Below are positions 20,380 through 29,091 of a stretch of DNA of 64,000 nt, piece after piece. The stretch is from assembly GCA_963699545.1 (NCBI GenBank), contig CAVOUE010000003.1:160001-224000 (forward strand), written 5' to 3'. Under the pieces are notes generated by a model, which saw only the letters and a program-made list of their open reading frames with translations, was not told the DNA's origin and made no database searches. The position numbers and the translations under genes are program-made. This DNA is from Nitrospirota bacterium (GTDB lineage: Bacteria; Nitrospirota; Thermodesulfovibrionia; Thermodesulfovibrionales; UBA9159). The first letter of the stretch is position 1; each line of letters begins with the position of its first letter.

Positions 20380-21579
20380 CTATTTATCAAGACTCTGATA
20401 ATACTTAATCAGAATTTCCGCCACCTCAGGACGTGAGAATTCTTTCGGCGGCGCAATACCCTTCCCTAACATTTCACGGACTTTTGTACCCGAAAGCAGA
20501 ACGAAATCTTCTTTTGTATGATCAGGCGCTTCACACATCATCACGACCTTGTTCAGTTTCTTCGAGTATGCAGTATGGTCTGCCTTGAAGATTTCGATTT
20601 TCAGCGCACCGGCAGGTACTTCATCGTCGAAGATTTTTTGCGCATCAAATGCACCGTAGTGATCACCCACACCCGCATGGTCACGACCAACAATGAAGTG
20701 AGTTGCGCCCATGTTTTGACGGAATATAGCGTGCAATACACCTTCCCGTGGTCCGGCATACAGCATATCGAAACCGTAACCAGTAATCATTGCACTGTTT
20801 TTTGGGAAGTACAGCTCAACCATTTTACGGATCGCAGCATCACGAACAGGTGCCGGGATATCTCCTTTTTTCAATTTACCAAGTAACATGTGAATAACCA
20901 GACCATCACAACCTAAACGCTTCATTGCCATGTGACAAAGTTCTTCGTGGGCCAGATGCATCGGGTTACGGGTCTGGAAAGCAACAACCTTACTCCAGCC
21001 GCGCTCAGTGATTTCGTTGCGAATTTCGACTGCTGTGCGGAACGTGTCCGGGAATTCATCCTGGAAGTAAGAGAAGTTTAATACTTTAATTGGACCTGAC
21101 AGACAAACTTTACCCTGAGCGTTGAATGCTTCAACACCTGGATGTGCTTCCCCAGCCCTGGGCCGGTAAACTTTTTCAGACATCAGCGCCATCTCTGCAT
21201 CGCTGAATTCTTCAACCGCGACAACATCCATAACTGCAAGGATTGGATTGCCTTCAACGTTCGGATCTTTCAGTGCAATGCGATTACCCGCCTTGATTGA
21301 GCCTGCATTGTTAACCAGGTTTAAAATCGGAGTAGGCCAGAACAAACCGGATGTTGTTTTCATATTTTTCGCAACAGACAGCGCATCAGCTTTATTCATG
21401 TAGCCTGTCAATGGATTGAAGTAACCGCCACCCAGCATAACTGCATTCGCTGCAGTAGCTGAGCTCACAACAATAGAAGCCAGACCTTCAGCTTCTTTCT
21501 GCAGGGTTTCATTCTCAGTCGTGTCATACACGAATAGTGGATTCAGTTTGTCTGAACCATGTGGTTTAATTAATGCCAT
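20380..21579 (-). CDS. sat: Dissimilatory sulfate adenylyltransferase (ATP sulfurylase), sulfur-oxidiser-like sequence
   Basis: VAFQTRNPMHLAHEEL, MLYAGPRE, HFIVGRDHAGVG, LSGTKVREML, EFSRPEV. Confidence 0.97.
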   Translation of the reverse strand: MALIKPHGSDKLNPLFVYDTTENETLQKEAEGLASIVVSSATAANAVMLGGGYFNPLTGYMNKADALSVAKNMKTTSGLFWPTPILNLVNNAGSIKAGNRIALKDPNVEGNPILAVMDVVAVEEFSDAEMALMSEKVYRPRAGEAHPGVEAFNAQGKVCLSGPIKVLNFSYFQDEFPDTFRTAVEIRNEITERGWSKVVAFQTRNPMHLAHEELCHMAMKRLGCDGLVIHMLLGKLKKGDIPAPVRDAAIRKMVELYFPKNSAMITGYGFDMLYAGPREGVLHAIFRQNMGATHFIVGRDHAGVGDHYGAFDAQKIFDDEVPAGALKIEIFKADHTAYSKKLNKVVMMCEAPDHTKEDFVLLSGTKVREMLGKGIAPPKEFSRPEVAEILIKYYQSLDK

Positions 21580-21816
21580 TTTCCCCTCCTGTTAAGGTAT
21601 TTTTTGTAGGGCAATGCTGAACCCTTAATCCACAATGACCTTTTGCCTGATCCGCGCTTCCGGGCTCCATGAAGCCGCCTAAGAACGTTTTTTCAGAGAC
21701 CGTTCACGCGATGATGTTCGAAAGAGCACTATAAATTAATCGATGTCGGGATTTAATGCAATTTTAAAATTATAATTCAAAGATTAGTTTTCCTTATAAA
21801 AATTGACGAGGGACGG

Positions 21817-21853
21817 AAAAAGTCGACGGCAGGAGCCCAAGCCCCCGCCGTCG
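21817..21853 (-). terminator. Probable intrinsic terminator after adk
   Basis: CGACGGC...GCCGTCG hairpin with A5 tract on the low-coordinate side. Confidence 0.5.
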
Positions 21854-21878
21854 GACGGGAAAAACGCAATACCGCAGG

Positions 21879-22526
21879 CTATTTCAATCCCAGGGAATTA
21901 CAAACCGCCTTAAAGATATCATCGATGCTTCCTGTTCCGCTGACAGAACTTAATATCCCCTTCTTCTTGTAGTAATCGAAGAGAGGCGCCGTTTGTGAGC
22001 TGTACACATCGAGCCGCTTCTTGATCGTCTCTTCCTTGTCGTCATCCCTTTGGAATAATGCCCCCCCGCATTTATCACAGGTCCCCTCCTTCTTCGGAGA
22101 GTTGAAGTAGACGTTATACATCTGGCCACAGCCCTTGCAGGTCCTTCTGCCGGTAAGCCTCTTCATGAGGTCGTCAAGGGGAACATCAACGCTTAATGCG
22201 GCGGTCAGGGGCATCTTCAGCGTGTCAAGCATCGCATCCAGGGCTTCGGCCTGGGCCGTGTTCCTCGGGAAACCATCAAGGATATATCCTTTTTTGCAGT
22301 CATCCTGTTTCAGCCTCTCCCCGACCATACCAAGCACCACCCTGTCGGGAACAAGCTCCCCCTTGTCCATAAAAGATTTCGCCTCTTTGCCGAGGGAAGT
22401 TCCGGCCGCAACTGCTGCCCGCAGAAGGTCGCCGGTGGAGATTTGAGGAATTCCGTATTTTTCGATAAGTTTTTTCGCCTGAGTCCCCTTACCGGCACCT
22501 GGTGCGCCAAGTAGTACAAGTCTCAT
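21879..22526 (-). CDS. adk: Adenylate kinase (Zn-lid type)
   Basis: GAPGAGKGTQA, ISTGDLLR, LDGFPR, CKGC...CDKC lid, QRDDD. Confidence 0.97.
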   Translation of the reverse strand: MRLVLLGAPGAGKGTQAKKLIEKYGIPQISTGDLLRAAVAAGTSLGKEAKSFMDKGELVPDRVVLGMVGERLKQDDCKKGYILDGFPRNTAQAEALDAMLDTLKMPLTAALSVDVPLDDLMKRLTGRRTCKGCGQMYNVYFNSPKKEGTCDKCGGALFQRDDDKEETIKKRLDVYSSQTAPLFDYYKKKGILSSVSGTGSIDDIFKAVCNSLGLK

Positions 22527-22695
22527 AATGCCTCCTTATATTAGGTTAAGATTTGGGTATTCGCGGAATGACAGTTACTTTATGACAACAATTGAACTTT
22601 TTTCAAGAAAAATGACTCGTCTTAACGATTAAATTCTCTTATCTTCCTATAATTTGATGATTCCAGGCGAACCATTGAGCAAAATCGCTCAGCCG

Positions 22696-23289
22696 TCATA
22701 AGGAAGAGAGATAGGCCCTCAACTTTCTCAATGCTGCACCCCGGTGACTCAATGCATCCTTTTCATCGGCGCTCATCTCCGCAAAGGTTGTGTTATGGCC
22801 CTTCGGGTAAAATACCGGGTCATAGCCAAAGCCACTGACACCTTTTGGTTCCATCCCTATCTTGCCTTCCGAAAAACCAAGAAAGGTCTTTACCCTGCCA
22901 TCAGGAAATGCAAGGGCCACGCAGCAGACAAAGCGTGCCCCCCTTTTGCCCTCTTCCACCCCCTGCAGTTCAGCGAGCAGTTTATCGAGGTTCTTTCTGT
23001 CATCGGCACCGACACCTGCATATCGCGCCGACCAGACACCCGGAGCGCCGTTCAGGGTGTATACCTCAAGGCCTGAATCATCGGCAATGGCCGGTTTTTT
23101 TGTGTATCGTGCCACCGCCTCCGCCTTTTTCACCGCGTTCCCTTCGAAGGTGCCTGCGTCTTCTTCCACATCGGGACACCCGGGGAAGTCATCAAGGGTG
23201 TAAAGCGCCACCGGAACGCCCTGCAGTATCCTCTTTATCTCCCCGACCTTCTTCTTGTTCCTTGTGGCGATCACAAGTTCACGTTCCAT
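22696..23289 (-). CDS. rdgB: dITP/XTP pyrophosphatase (HAM1 family)
   Basis: ATRNKKK, ADDSGL, PGVWSARYA, GFGYDPVF, SHRG. Confidence 0.92.
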   Translation of the reverse strand: MERELVIATRNKKKVGEIKRILQGVPVALYTLDDFPGCPDVEEDAGTFEGNAVKKAEAVARYTKKPAIADDSGLEVYTLNGAPGVWSARYAGVGADDRKNLDKLLAELQGVEEGKRGARFVCCVALAFPDGRVKTFLGFSEGKIGMEPKGVSGFGYDPVFYPKGHNTTFAEMSADEKDALSHRGAALRKLRAYLSSL

Positions 23290-23464
23290 GGTACCCCCGT
23301 GTTCATCATATCCGCCGCAACAGCCCTCATAAGATACCCGACTCCAGCGCAAAGGTAAACGAAAAAATTCATGCTGCAGTTGCTTTTCCCGTAACAAAAT
23401 CTGATACTATAGACCGTGCTGGAGCACTGCTGCATACGGAGAAGTCTTCATTTTCTGAGGAGAT

Positions 23465-23785
23465 ATGATGTTGCCGGAACTGAAATATGACGAAAAAGGA
23501 TTGATCCCGGCCATAGTCCAGGATATTGACAACGGCGAGGTACTGATGATGGCGTACATGAATGAATCGTCACTTAAAATGACCATGGAGACGGGATATA
23601 CTCATTTCTGGTCCCGCTCGCGGCAGAAATACTGGAAAAAAGGCGAAACCTCCGGCTGTGTGCAGGAGGTGAGAGAGATATGCTATGACTGCGACTCTGA
23701 CACTCTCTTGATCAAGGTGAAACAGCACGGCGCCGGCGCGTGTCATACAGGGACCAGGACGTGCTTTTTTAGAAAGATAGAATAG
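23465..23785 (+). CDS. hisI: Phosphoribosyl-AMP cyclohydrolase
   Basis: [29 protein letters not shown]. Confidence 0.95.
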   Translation: MMLPELKYDEKGLIPAIVQDIDNGEVLMMAYMNESSLKMTMETGYTHFWSRSRQKYWKKGETSGCVQEVREICYDCDSDTLLIKVKQHGAGACHTGTRTCFFRKIE

Positions 23786-23860
23786 CAGCTGAGAGATGGA
23801 CTCAAGACGACTCAGACCAGATTACTCATAAAGATTAGTCATAAAGAAATTAATAAATGA

Positions 23861-24016
23861 GGGGCTCGACCGGTCTGAGGCAAGATACCCCGGGTTATTG
23901 GTGCGGCCGGTTATGAGGCCGCATGAGTTCAGTTATTCACAGACCGTACATAGGTTCCCTTTGATAGGAAGAGGCACAGAGGCCTATTGTATATTGCCTC
24001 AGACCGGGTGAGGCCT
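23861..24016. other. ~155-nt foldback element (candidate structured RNA or MITE)
   Basis: Perfect 14-bp IR 23870-23883/23994-24007 enclosing internal hairpins. Confidence 0.5.
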
Positions 24017-24045
24017 GGATCGAAAAGAAACATACGGAGGATTTA

Positions 24046-24393
24046 GTGACTGATTGTATTTTCTGTAAGATCATCGAGAAGAAGATACCTTCGAAGCTCG
24101 TTTACGAAGACGACCTCGCCATTGCCTTTGAAGACATCAACCCCCAGGCCCCGGTCCACACCCTCGTGATACCCAAAAAGCATATCCCTACGGTCCTTGA
24201 CCTGAAGGAGGGGGACGACGATCATCTTATCGGCCATCTCTTTAAGATCGCAAATAAGATTGCGCAAGATAAGGGTATCGCCGACAGGGGGTTCAGGCTG
24301 GTAACGAACTGCAACCCGGAAAGCGGCCAGACGGTCTATCATGTCCACCTTCATGTGCTGGGCGGACGGGGAATGCACTGGCCGCCGGGCTAG
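24046..24393 (+). CDS. Histidine-triad nucleotide-binding protein (HinT/PKCI-like)
   Basis: DCIFCKII, AF.DINPQAPVH, GQTVYHVHLHVLGGR..WPPG. Confidence 0.93.
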   Translation: MTDCIFCKIIEKKIPSKLVYEDDLAIAFEDINPQAPVHTLVIPKKHIPTVLDLKEGDDDHLIGHLFKIANKIAQDKGIADRGFRLVTNCNPESGQTVYHVHLHVLGGRGMHWPPG

Positions 24394-24401
24394 AACCGAA
24401 G

Positions 24402-24932
24402 TTATGCGGGATCAGCCTCCACATCCAGGGTGATCCGGACTTCTCTGCCGACCACAACGCCTCCTTTTTCAAGGCTAGCCACATTCCACAGTATCCCGTA
24501 ATCTTCACGGTTGATTTCGGCAACAGCCGTAAAGCCGAGGCACGTCTCGCCCTCCTCAGTGCCCTTTACCGGACCCACATACTCTGCATCGAAGCTCACG
24601 GAGCGGGTTACCCCATGAAGGGTCAGATTGCCGGTGAGGCTGAACCGTTTGCCGCCGACGGCATTGACTTTGGCACTCCTGAAGAAGATCTTCGGATATT
24701 GTGCGACATCGAAAAAATCAGGGCTGCGGAGATGCTCGTCACGTTTTTGGATCCCGGTCCAAATGCCTTCGGTCTCTATTTCCACTTCCACCGATGAATG
24801 TGCAATATCGGCAGGATCAAACTGGATCGCGCCCGAAAGTTTATTGAACTGCCCACGCACGTTCGAAACCATCATGTGCCGCACGGTAAATGCCGCCACG
24901 GAGTGGTCCGGATCGATAATCCACTTCGCCAT
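24402..24932 (-). CDS. YceI-family protein
   Basis: W.IDPDHS..F.VRHMM.S.VRGQF, RDEHLRS.DFFD, G.LTLHGVT, INR.DYG..WN. Confidence 0.92.
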   Translation of the reverse strand: MAKWIIDPDHSVAAFTVRHMMVSNVRGQFNKLSGAIQFDPADIAHSSVEVEIETEGIWTGIQKRDEHLRSPDFFDVAQYPKIFFRSAKVNAVGGKRFSLTGNLTLHGVTRSVSFDAEYVGPVKGTEEGETCLGFTAVAEINREDYGILWNVASLEKGGVVVGREVRITLDVEADPA

Positions 24933-25037
24933 TGTTATCCCCTCCTTAGGAAAAAAATGACCTTTTACCCTCATTGTATCAGACAAAAAAGAGATTGCAA
25001 TGGCAGGGAGAAGAGCAAGCAACAGGTATCGGTAGGG

Positions 25038-25586
25038 CTATATTTGTATTCTGGGTCTGGGTACTTGTTCACCTGTGAGAAGCTCCTGTAGCATCTCTAT
25101 CGGGTAAAGATGTCTGCTCCCCCTCATGAGGCTTCTGTTTATGTCCTTGTTGACCGCAAGAATCCGTGTTTTTTCGATACCCTCGTACCGCTGGATAATA
25201 AGGTACTCAGCTTCAAAGGCAAGCTGGGTCATAGCTCCCAAAACCGTCTTGCTTGCAGTCTTCGCAAACCCCATCTCCGTGTACTCAGTCATAACCCTGT
25301 TTATGACCTCAAGGGGAAATCCCTCTGCCTGTAAATTCATGTTCAGGTGAAACAGGAACTCATCTATGATGTTTGTAAGGTTCTCCTTCTTCACCTTGGG
25401 GATAAGAAAACTGTAAAGGGTTTTCTCATTCGTAAACAGGATGCACTTCCTGCGGTCAATCCGTAGGAGGTTGGCGTACCAGTTACCGAGACATTGTGTG
25501 TCGGGTTCATAGGCAGGAGTCTGAAGGGGAGGGTTTCCGAGTTCCTTGAGGAGCTTTTGGGTGCAGTGGAGGAGTGTCATTTTCAA
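25038..25586 (-). CDS. Hypothetical protein (DUF6933-like)
   Basis: CTQKLL, LGNWYANL, NEKTLYSF, KT.SK.VLG.M pattern; family recalled, not verified. Confidence 0.55.
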   Translation of the reverse strand: MKMTLLHCTQKLLKELGNPPLQTPAYEPDTQCLGNWYANLLRIDRRKCILFTNEKTLYSFLIPKVKKENLTNIIDEFLFHLNMNLQAEGFPLEVINRVMTEYTEMGFAKTASKTVLGAMTQLAFEAEYLIIQRYEGIEKTRILAVNKDINRSLMRGSRHLYPIEMLQELLTGEQVPRPRIQI

Positions 25587-25588
25587 GG

Positions 25589-26251
25589 CTATTCACGCAA
25601 AATATTTCCACATTTGGAGCAATAATATGCGTCTTCGTCATTTTGAGTTCCGCACTTTTCACAGAGGGATGGTATTATTTTGTTCCCGCATTGGCTGCAA
25701 AATACTGCTCCCTTACCAATGATTTTCCCACATGTCGGACATAAGTCATCTCTTATCTTAAAGCCGCAATAAGTGCATACAATCTTGTGCGATAGGAGCA
25801 TCGCTTTGCATTTTGGACACCAGATAAATACGTCAGACCCATCATCTTCAACATCTTTATCTGGAATTCCCTGCTTATGTACATTCTCGCTCTGTTCTTC
25901 CGTTTTCTCTCTGCTTAATTCAATTTTAGGTTCAGAGTGGCGTGTTTCACGAACATAAAATATTGAAACCATAAATAAGACACTTGCAACAATATCTATA
26001 ACAGCCCATGTCTCTCTATCAAAACGAAAAGGTATTATGGGATTAAAGATAAGAGCAACTACTCCGAATACAATTTGCACCCCTTTCTTAGACTGATTAG
26101 AGGCAAGGGATACAGTATAAGCTCCAACTCCAAAGGTTATCACCCGTAGGAAAAAGTAGTATCCATAGGGGAGCGGTGTAAGAGCTAATAACAGCATCGC
26201 TGAAACAACACCTCTTAGAATTATTGATGGCGGGAGTTCTGTGAGCTTCAT
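25589..26251 (-). CDS. Membrane protein (DUF6804-like) with C-terminal zinc ribbons
   Basis: PLPYGYY..LR, FNPIIP, W..ID TM region; six CxxC pairs at the C-terminus. Confidence 0.7.
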   Translation of the reverse strand: MKLTELPPSIILRGVVSAMLLLALTPLPYGYYFFLRVITFGVGAYTVSLASNQSKKGVQIVFGVVALIFNPIIPFRFDRETWAVIDIVASVLFMVSIFYVRETRHSEPKIELSREKTEEQSENVHKQGIPDKDVEDDGSDVFIWCPKCKAMLLSHKIVCTYCGFKIRDDLCPTCGKIIGKGAVFCSQCGNKIIPSLCEKCGTQNDEDAYYCSKCGNILRE

Positions 26252-26536
26252 AGGGTATCTCTCATAATGAATGCACTGAGTCAACCATCCTTCGGTAACA
26301 TTTTCCTATGAGGCAACTGGTCATAAAAACTTCGGCTCACGGTAATCGGAATAGGCTTCGCACCTGCTTTTCTTCTTGCAAGATGCCTCACAGCCTTCAA
26401 TGTACTGATAATGTCCTCCTGCTGGGCACCATATTTTGTCTGTTTTTTTACTTTCAATATTGGCATCCTTGGTCAGTGGCTTATCGAGTTTCTTTACCAT
26501 TTGTTTTGTCTGTCCTATATCCTGAAAGCGGGGAAA

Positions 26537-27073
26537 TTAGCTATATTTGGTTTCACGATATTTCCCCGTCAGTCTAAAAAATATTTTTTCGATACGATAA
26601 GTGATAAAACCGAGCTTATGCTTATATATACGAAATCTGATTCTTTCTGTTCTCCCCTTGGTAGATTTAAACTTATACTGCCGAAAGAAATAAAAAACTA
26701 TATCTTCACCGTAATCAGGGTCACTGAGAATGCTGTCCTCTTTTGCTACTGCCTCGATGACTGTTGGCACATGAGCGTTTAGCGTTCTCTCTTTAGATGT
26801 GATTTCGAACTTAATTCTCTTAGCTTTCATCTTTGGATTTAAGCCAGTCAAAACTATTTCTTTGTCTAAAGAGGTTACTTGAGAACCTAGATTTTCAACT
26901 TCGAAACTTACGCTATATTTGTTGTCGCTAAAATGTTCTTTCAATAATTCAATCCTCAAGCGTATGCGATTTTTCCAGCGGTCCCAAACAAACAAAATTC
27001 CGCCAGACCCACCAATCAGATAAAGAATTCGTAAGGGGTCGGCTAAAAAATAATCAAAAAGCTTGCTAAACAT
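26537..27073 (-). CDS. AT-rich hypothetical protein with N-terminal hydrophobic segment
   Basis: 178-aa ORF in visibly AT-rich DNA; no recognised family. Confidence 0.5.
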   Translation of the reverse strand: MFSKLFDYFLADPLRILYLIGGSGGILFVWDRWKNRIRLRIELLKEHFSDNKYSVSFEVENLGSQVTSLDKEIVLTGLNPKMKAKRIKFEITSKERTLNAHVPTVIEAVAKEDSILSDPDYGEDIVFYFFRQYKFKSTKGRTERIRFRIYKHKLGFITYRIEKIFFRLTGKYRETKYS

Positions 27074-27505
27074 ATTTTAATCGTCCATTCATCAAGTTTT
27101 GTATCCCGTATGGATATAAAATACTTCTCGATAATGGAAAGGTCAAGGACTCATGGCATTGACTAAGAAAATTTTGCCGAAAACTCAGCATTGACCTTGT
27201 GGCTCGGTGCGATATGCACATGTAACATTTAATTAGGAGGTAGCTAGAATTGCCCTGCAGAATGGGTCCAAATCGAGTTTAAGAGGGGGACAGGCGAATG
27301 GCGAAGCTCGGATATGGGTGGGGAGGCTAGAAGGCTTAGAATGGATTTGAATCGGGGAAGCTCAAATCAGTATTTTGCGGTTCTTTCGTTGGGGACTGAT
27401 TCAGGGACAATCTGGGGGGGAATCCGAAAGTGGACTGTTCACGGTTTGTTCACGGTATTTTTGAAGATTTCAGGGGGATAACATATTAACGTAAAAAGAA
27501 AGAAA

Positions 27506-27591
27506 TGGTGCCGAAGGCGGGATTTGAACCCGCACGGGTTACCCCACACGCCCCTCAAACGTGCGTGTCTACCAGGTTCCACCACTTCGGC
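27506..27591 (-). tRNA. tRNA-Leu (anticodon GAG)
   Basis: GCCGAAG/CTTCGGC acceptor stem, CACGT-TTGAGGG-GCGTG anticodon arm, long variable arm, GGTTCAAATCC T-loop, encoded CCA. Confidence 0.97.
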
Positions 27592-27678
27592 ATACTGGAT
27601 GATACTATAAAAAAACCGTTGATTTCAACACGCGTGTCCCGGACGAGGGGAAAACGGTCCTCGGAATATCCGCTTATT

Positions 27679-28761
27679 TCAAAAACCCGGATATAGCCTT
27701 GCCTTGCATTCGGGACAGATGCTGTGGCTGAAGTCAGCGTCGGTTCGCTCACGCACGTATGCTTCTATCTGCTGCCAGTGCCCTTTGTCATCACGGATCT
27801 TTTTGCACGAAGCGCAGATGGGCAGCAGGCCACTTAATGACCTGATATTGGCGAGGGCTTCATGAAGCTCGGCAACCATCTTCTCCCGTTCTTCCGCCAG
27901 GGTCCTGAATTGTTCCTCGGACTCCTTCAAAGCCGTCTCCATCTGCTTGCGCCCGGTGATGTCTCTCACGGCCTCGATCCCGGCTATGATCTCCCCCTTC
28001 GCATCCCTCAGCGGGGACGAAATGATCTCGTAGTAGAACGTCCCTTTCTCCGTCTTTCGGGACTGTTCCTTCTTGTGGATCTTCCCGTCGTCAAAGGACA
28101 TGGCGACGTGACATCCATCGCAGACATGATCCTTTTTCTGATACCCCTGGTAACAATACTCCCCAATATGATCTCCCACCAGCTCCCTGTGGATCCGGTT
28201 CTGGTACAAGACCCGGAAGTTCCTGTCCTGAATGCTTATCCCATCTCCCATAGCCGCGATGATAGCCTCGGACCTGGCCTTCTCGTCCGCTGCCTTCCTG
28301 AAGGCGAACCTCAGGCGTTCTTCCATCTGCTTTCGTTCAGTGATGTCCAGGAGTGTTCCGATGATGGCGGGCCTGCCGTCAATGTGGGTAAGGGTCCCGT
28401 GCACTTCGAAATCGACGGGGAGACCATCCTTTCGTTTTCCCCGTACTGTATAGTGTACGCTGTCGGTCTCGCCCTGGATGCGTCTTCGGATGTTCTCCTC
28501 CACCAGGGGGCGGTCGCTCTCGTGAATGAGCTCCAATACAGACCCCAGGGAGAGGAGTTCCTGCTGTGGATAACCGAAGATATCCTCGCACTTCGGATTT
28601 GCATAGCGCACCTTGCCGTCCTGGAGGATGTATATGCCGACAAGAGACTGCTCGACAAGGCTGCGGAACTTCTCTTCTGATTCCCTGAGACGCACGCATT
28701 CGCCCCGCGCGTTCTTCAGTTCCTCAATGAGCTGGTCTCTGGTTTTCTCTTTGTCATTCAT
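27679..28761 (-). CDS. PAS-PAS sensor protein ending in a CxxC...HxxCxxC module (no kinase domain)
   Basis: FRSLVEQSLVGIY, RKDG, DITERK, CY...C..CHV PAS, LPICASCKKIRDD..W...FSHSICPEC; start set at MNDKEK. Confidence 0.85.
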   Translation of the reverse strand: MNDKEKTRDQLIEELKNARGECVRLRESEEKFRSLVEQSLVGIYILQDGKVRYANPKCEDIFGYPQQELLSLGSVLELIHESDRPLVEENIRRRIQGETDSVHYTVRGKRKDGLPVDFEVHGTLTHIDGRPAIIGTLLDITERKQMEERLRFAFRKAADEKARSEAIIAAMGDGISIQDRNFRVLYQNRIHRELVGDHIGEYCYQGYQKKDHVCDGCHVAMSFDDGKIHKKEQSRKTEKGTFYYEIISSPLRDAKGEIIAGIEAVRDITGRKQMETALKESEEQFRTLAEEREKMVAELHEALANIRSLSGLLPICASCKKIRDDKGHWQQIEAYVRERTDADFSHSICPECKARLYPGF

Positions 28762-28943
28762 CTTTGAATTTGCCGCAACCACGCGGAGCACGGCGTTGCG
28801 TGGTGCATCAGCGCTTAGATTATAACCTAATTTGTTTCTAACTTCTATTATTTGGAACCGATCCCCTGATGACGAGGGGGATCGCCGGATACGCGTGTTT
28901 CTTTTTAATTCTCCCGCCCTTTGGTATAATATTGCGCATATCT

Positions 28944-29033
28944 GGAGGGGTGGCCGAGCGGTTGAAGGCGACGGTCTTGAAAATCGTTGTAGGGGTAACT
29001 CTACCGTGAGTTCGAATCTCACCCCCTCCGCCA
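28944..29033 (+). tRNA. tRNA-Ser (anticodon TGA)
   Basis: GGAGGGG/CCCCTCC acceptor stem, ACGGT-CTTGAAA-ATCGT anticodon arm, long variable arm, GTTCGAATC, CCA; TGgTATAAT extended -10 upstream. Confidence 0.97.
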
Positions 29034-29091
29034 CTTATTCCTTAACAATCAAGGAGCAGCTTCTTTCCACTTTACCGACAGCGGGGATGCC

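Larger units (their letters stand above)
25038..27505. mobile_element. Degenerate genomic islet at the 3' end of tRNA-Leu (left boundary uncertain)
   Basis: AT-rich orphan genes abutting the tRNA 3' end; TGTTCACGGT direct repeats at 27436-27456; no integrase visible. Confidence 0.45.

Noticed and set aside
9220-22526. Concluding the organism is definitely a sulfate reducer or a sulfur oxidiser
   Set aside because: dsr and sox genes are not in the window, and sat/apr/qmo alone do not fix the direction
22590-22610. Rex operator upstream of adk/sat
   Set aside because: TTGAA-N5-TTCAA has the wrong spacing and lacks the TTGTGAA/TTCACAA arms
23861-24016. 6S RNA, SRP RNA or a known riboswitch
   Set aside because: No SRP GGAA-loop motif, no 6S-like rod with central bubble or typical gene context, no recognisable aptamer consensus; kept only as an unknown structure
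28944-29033. tRNA with 'TGA' as a selenocysteine or suppressor tRNA
   Set aside because: Anticodon TGA reads TCA (Ser); tRNA-Sec has anticodon TCA and a longer acceptor stem
28762-29034. N-terminal extension of the PAS protein (MAEGVRFELT...) and ORF 27505-27696
   Set aside because: These are translations of tRNA antisense strands
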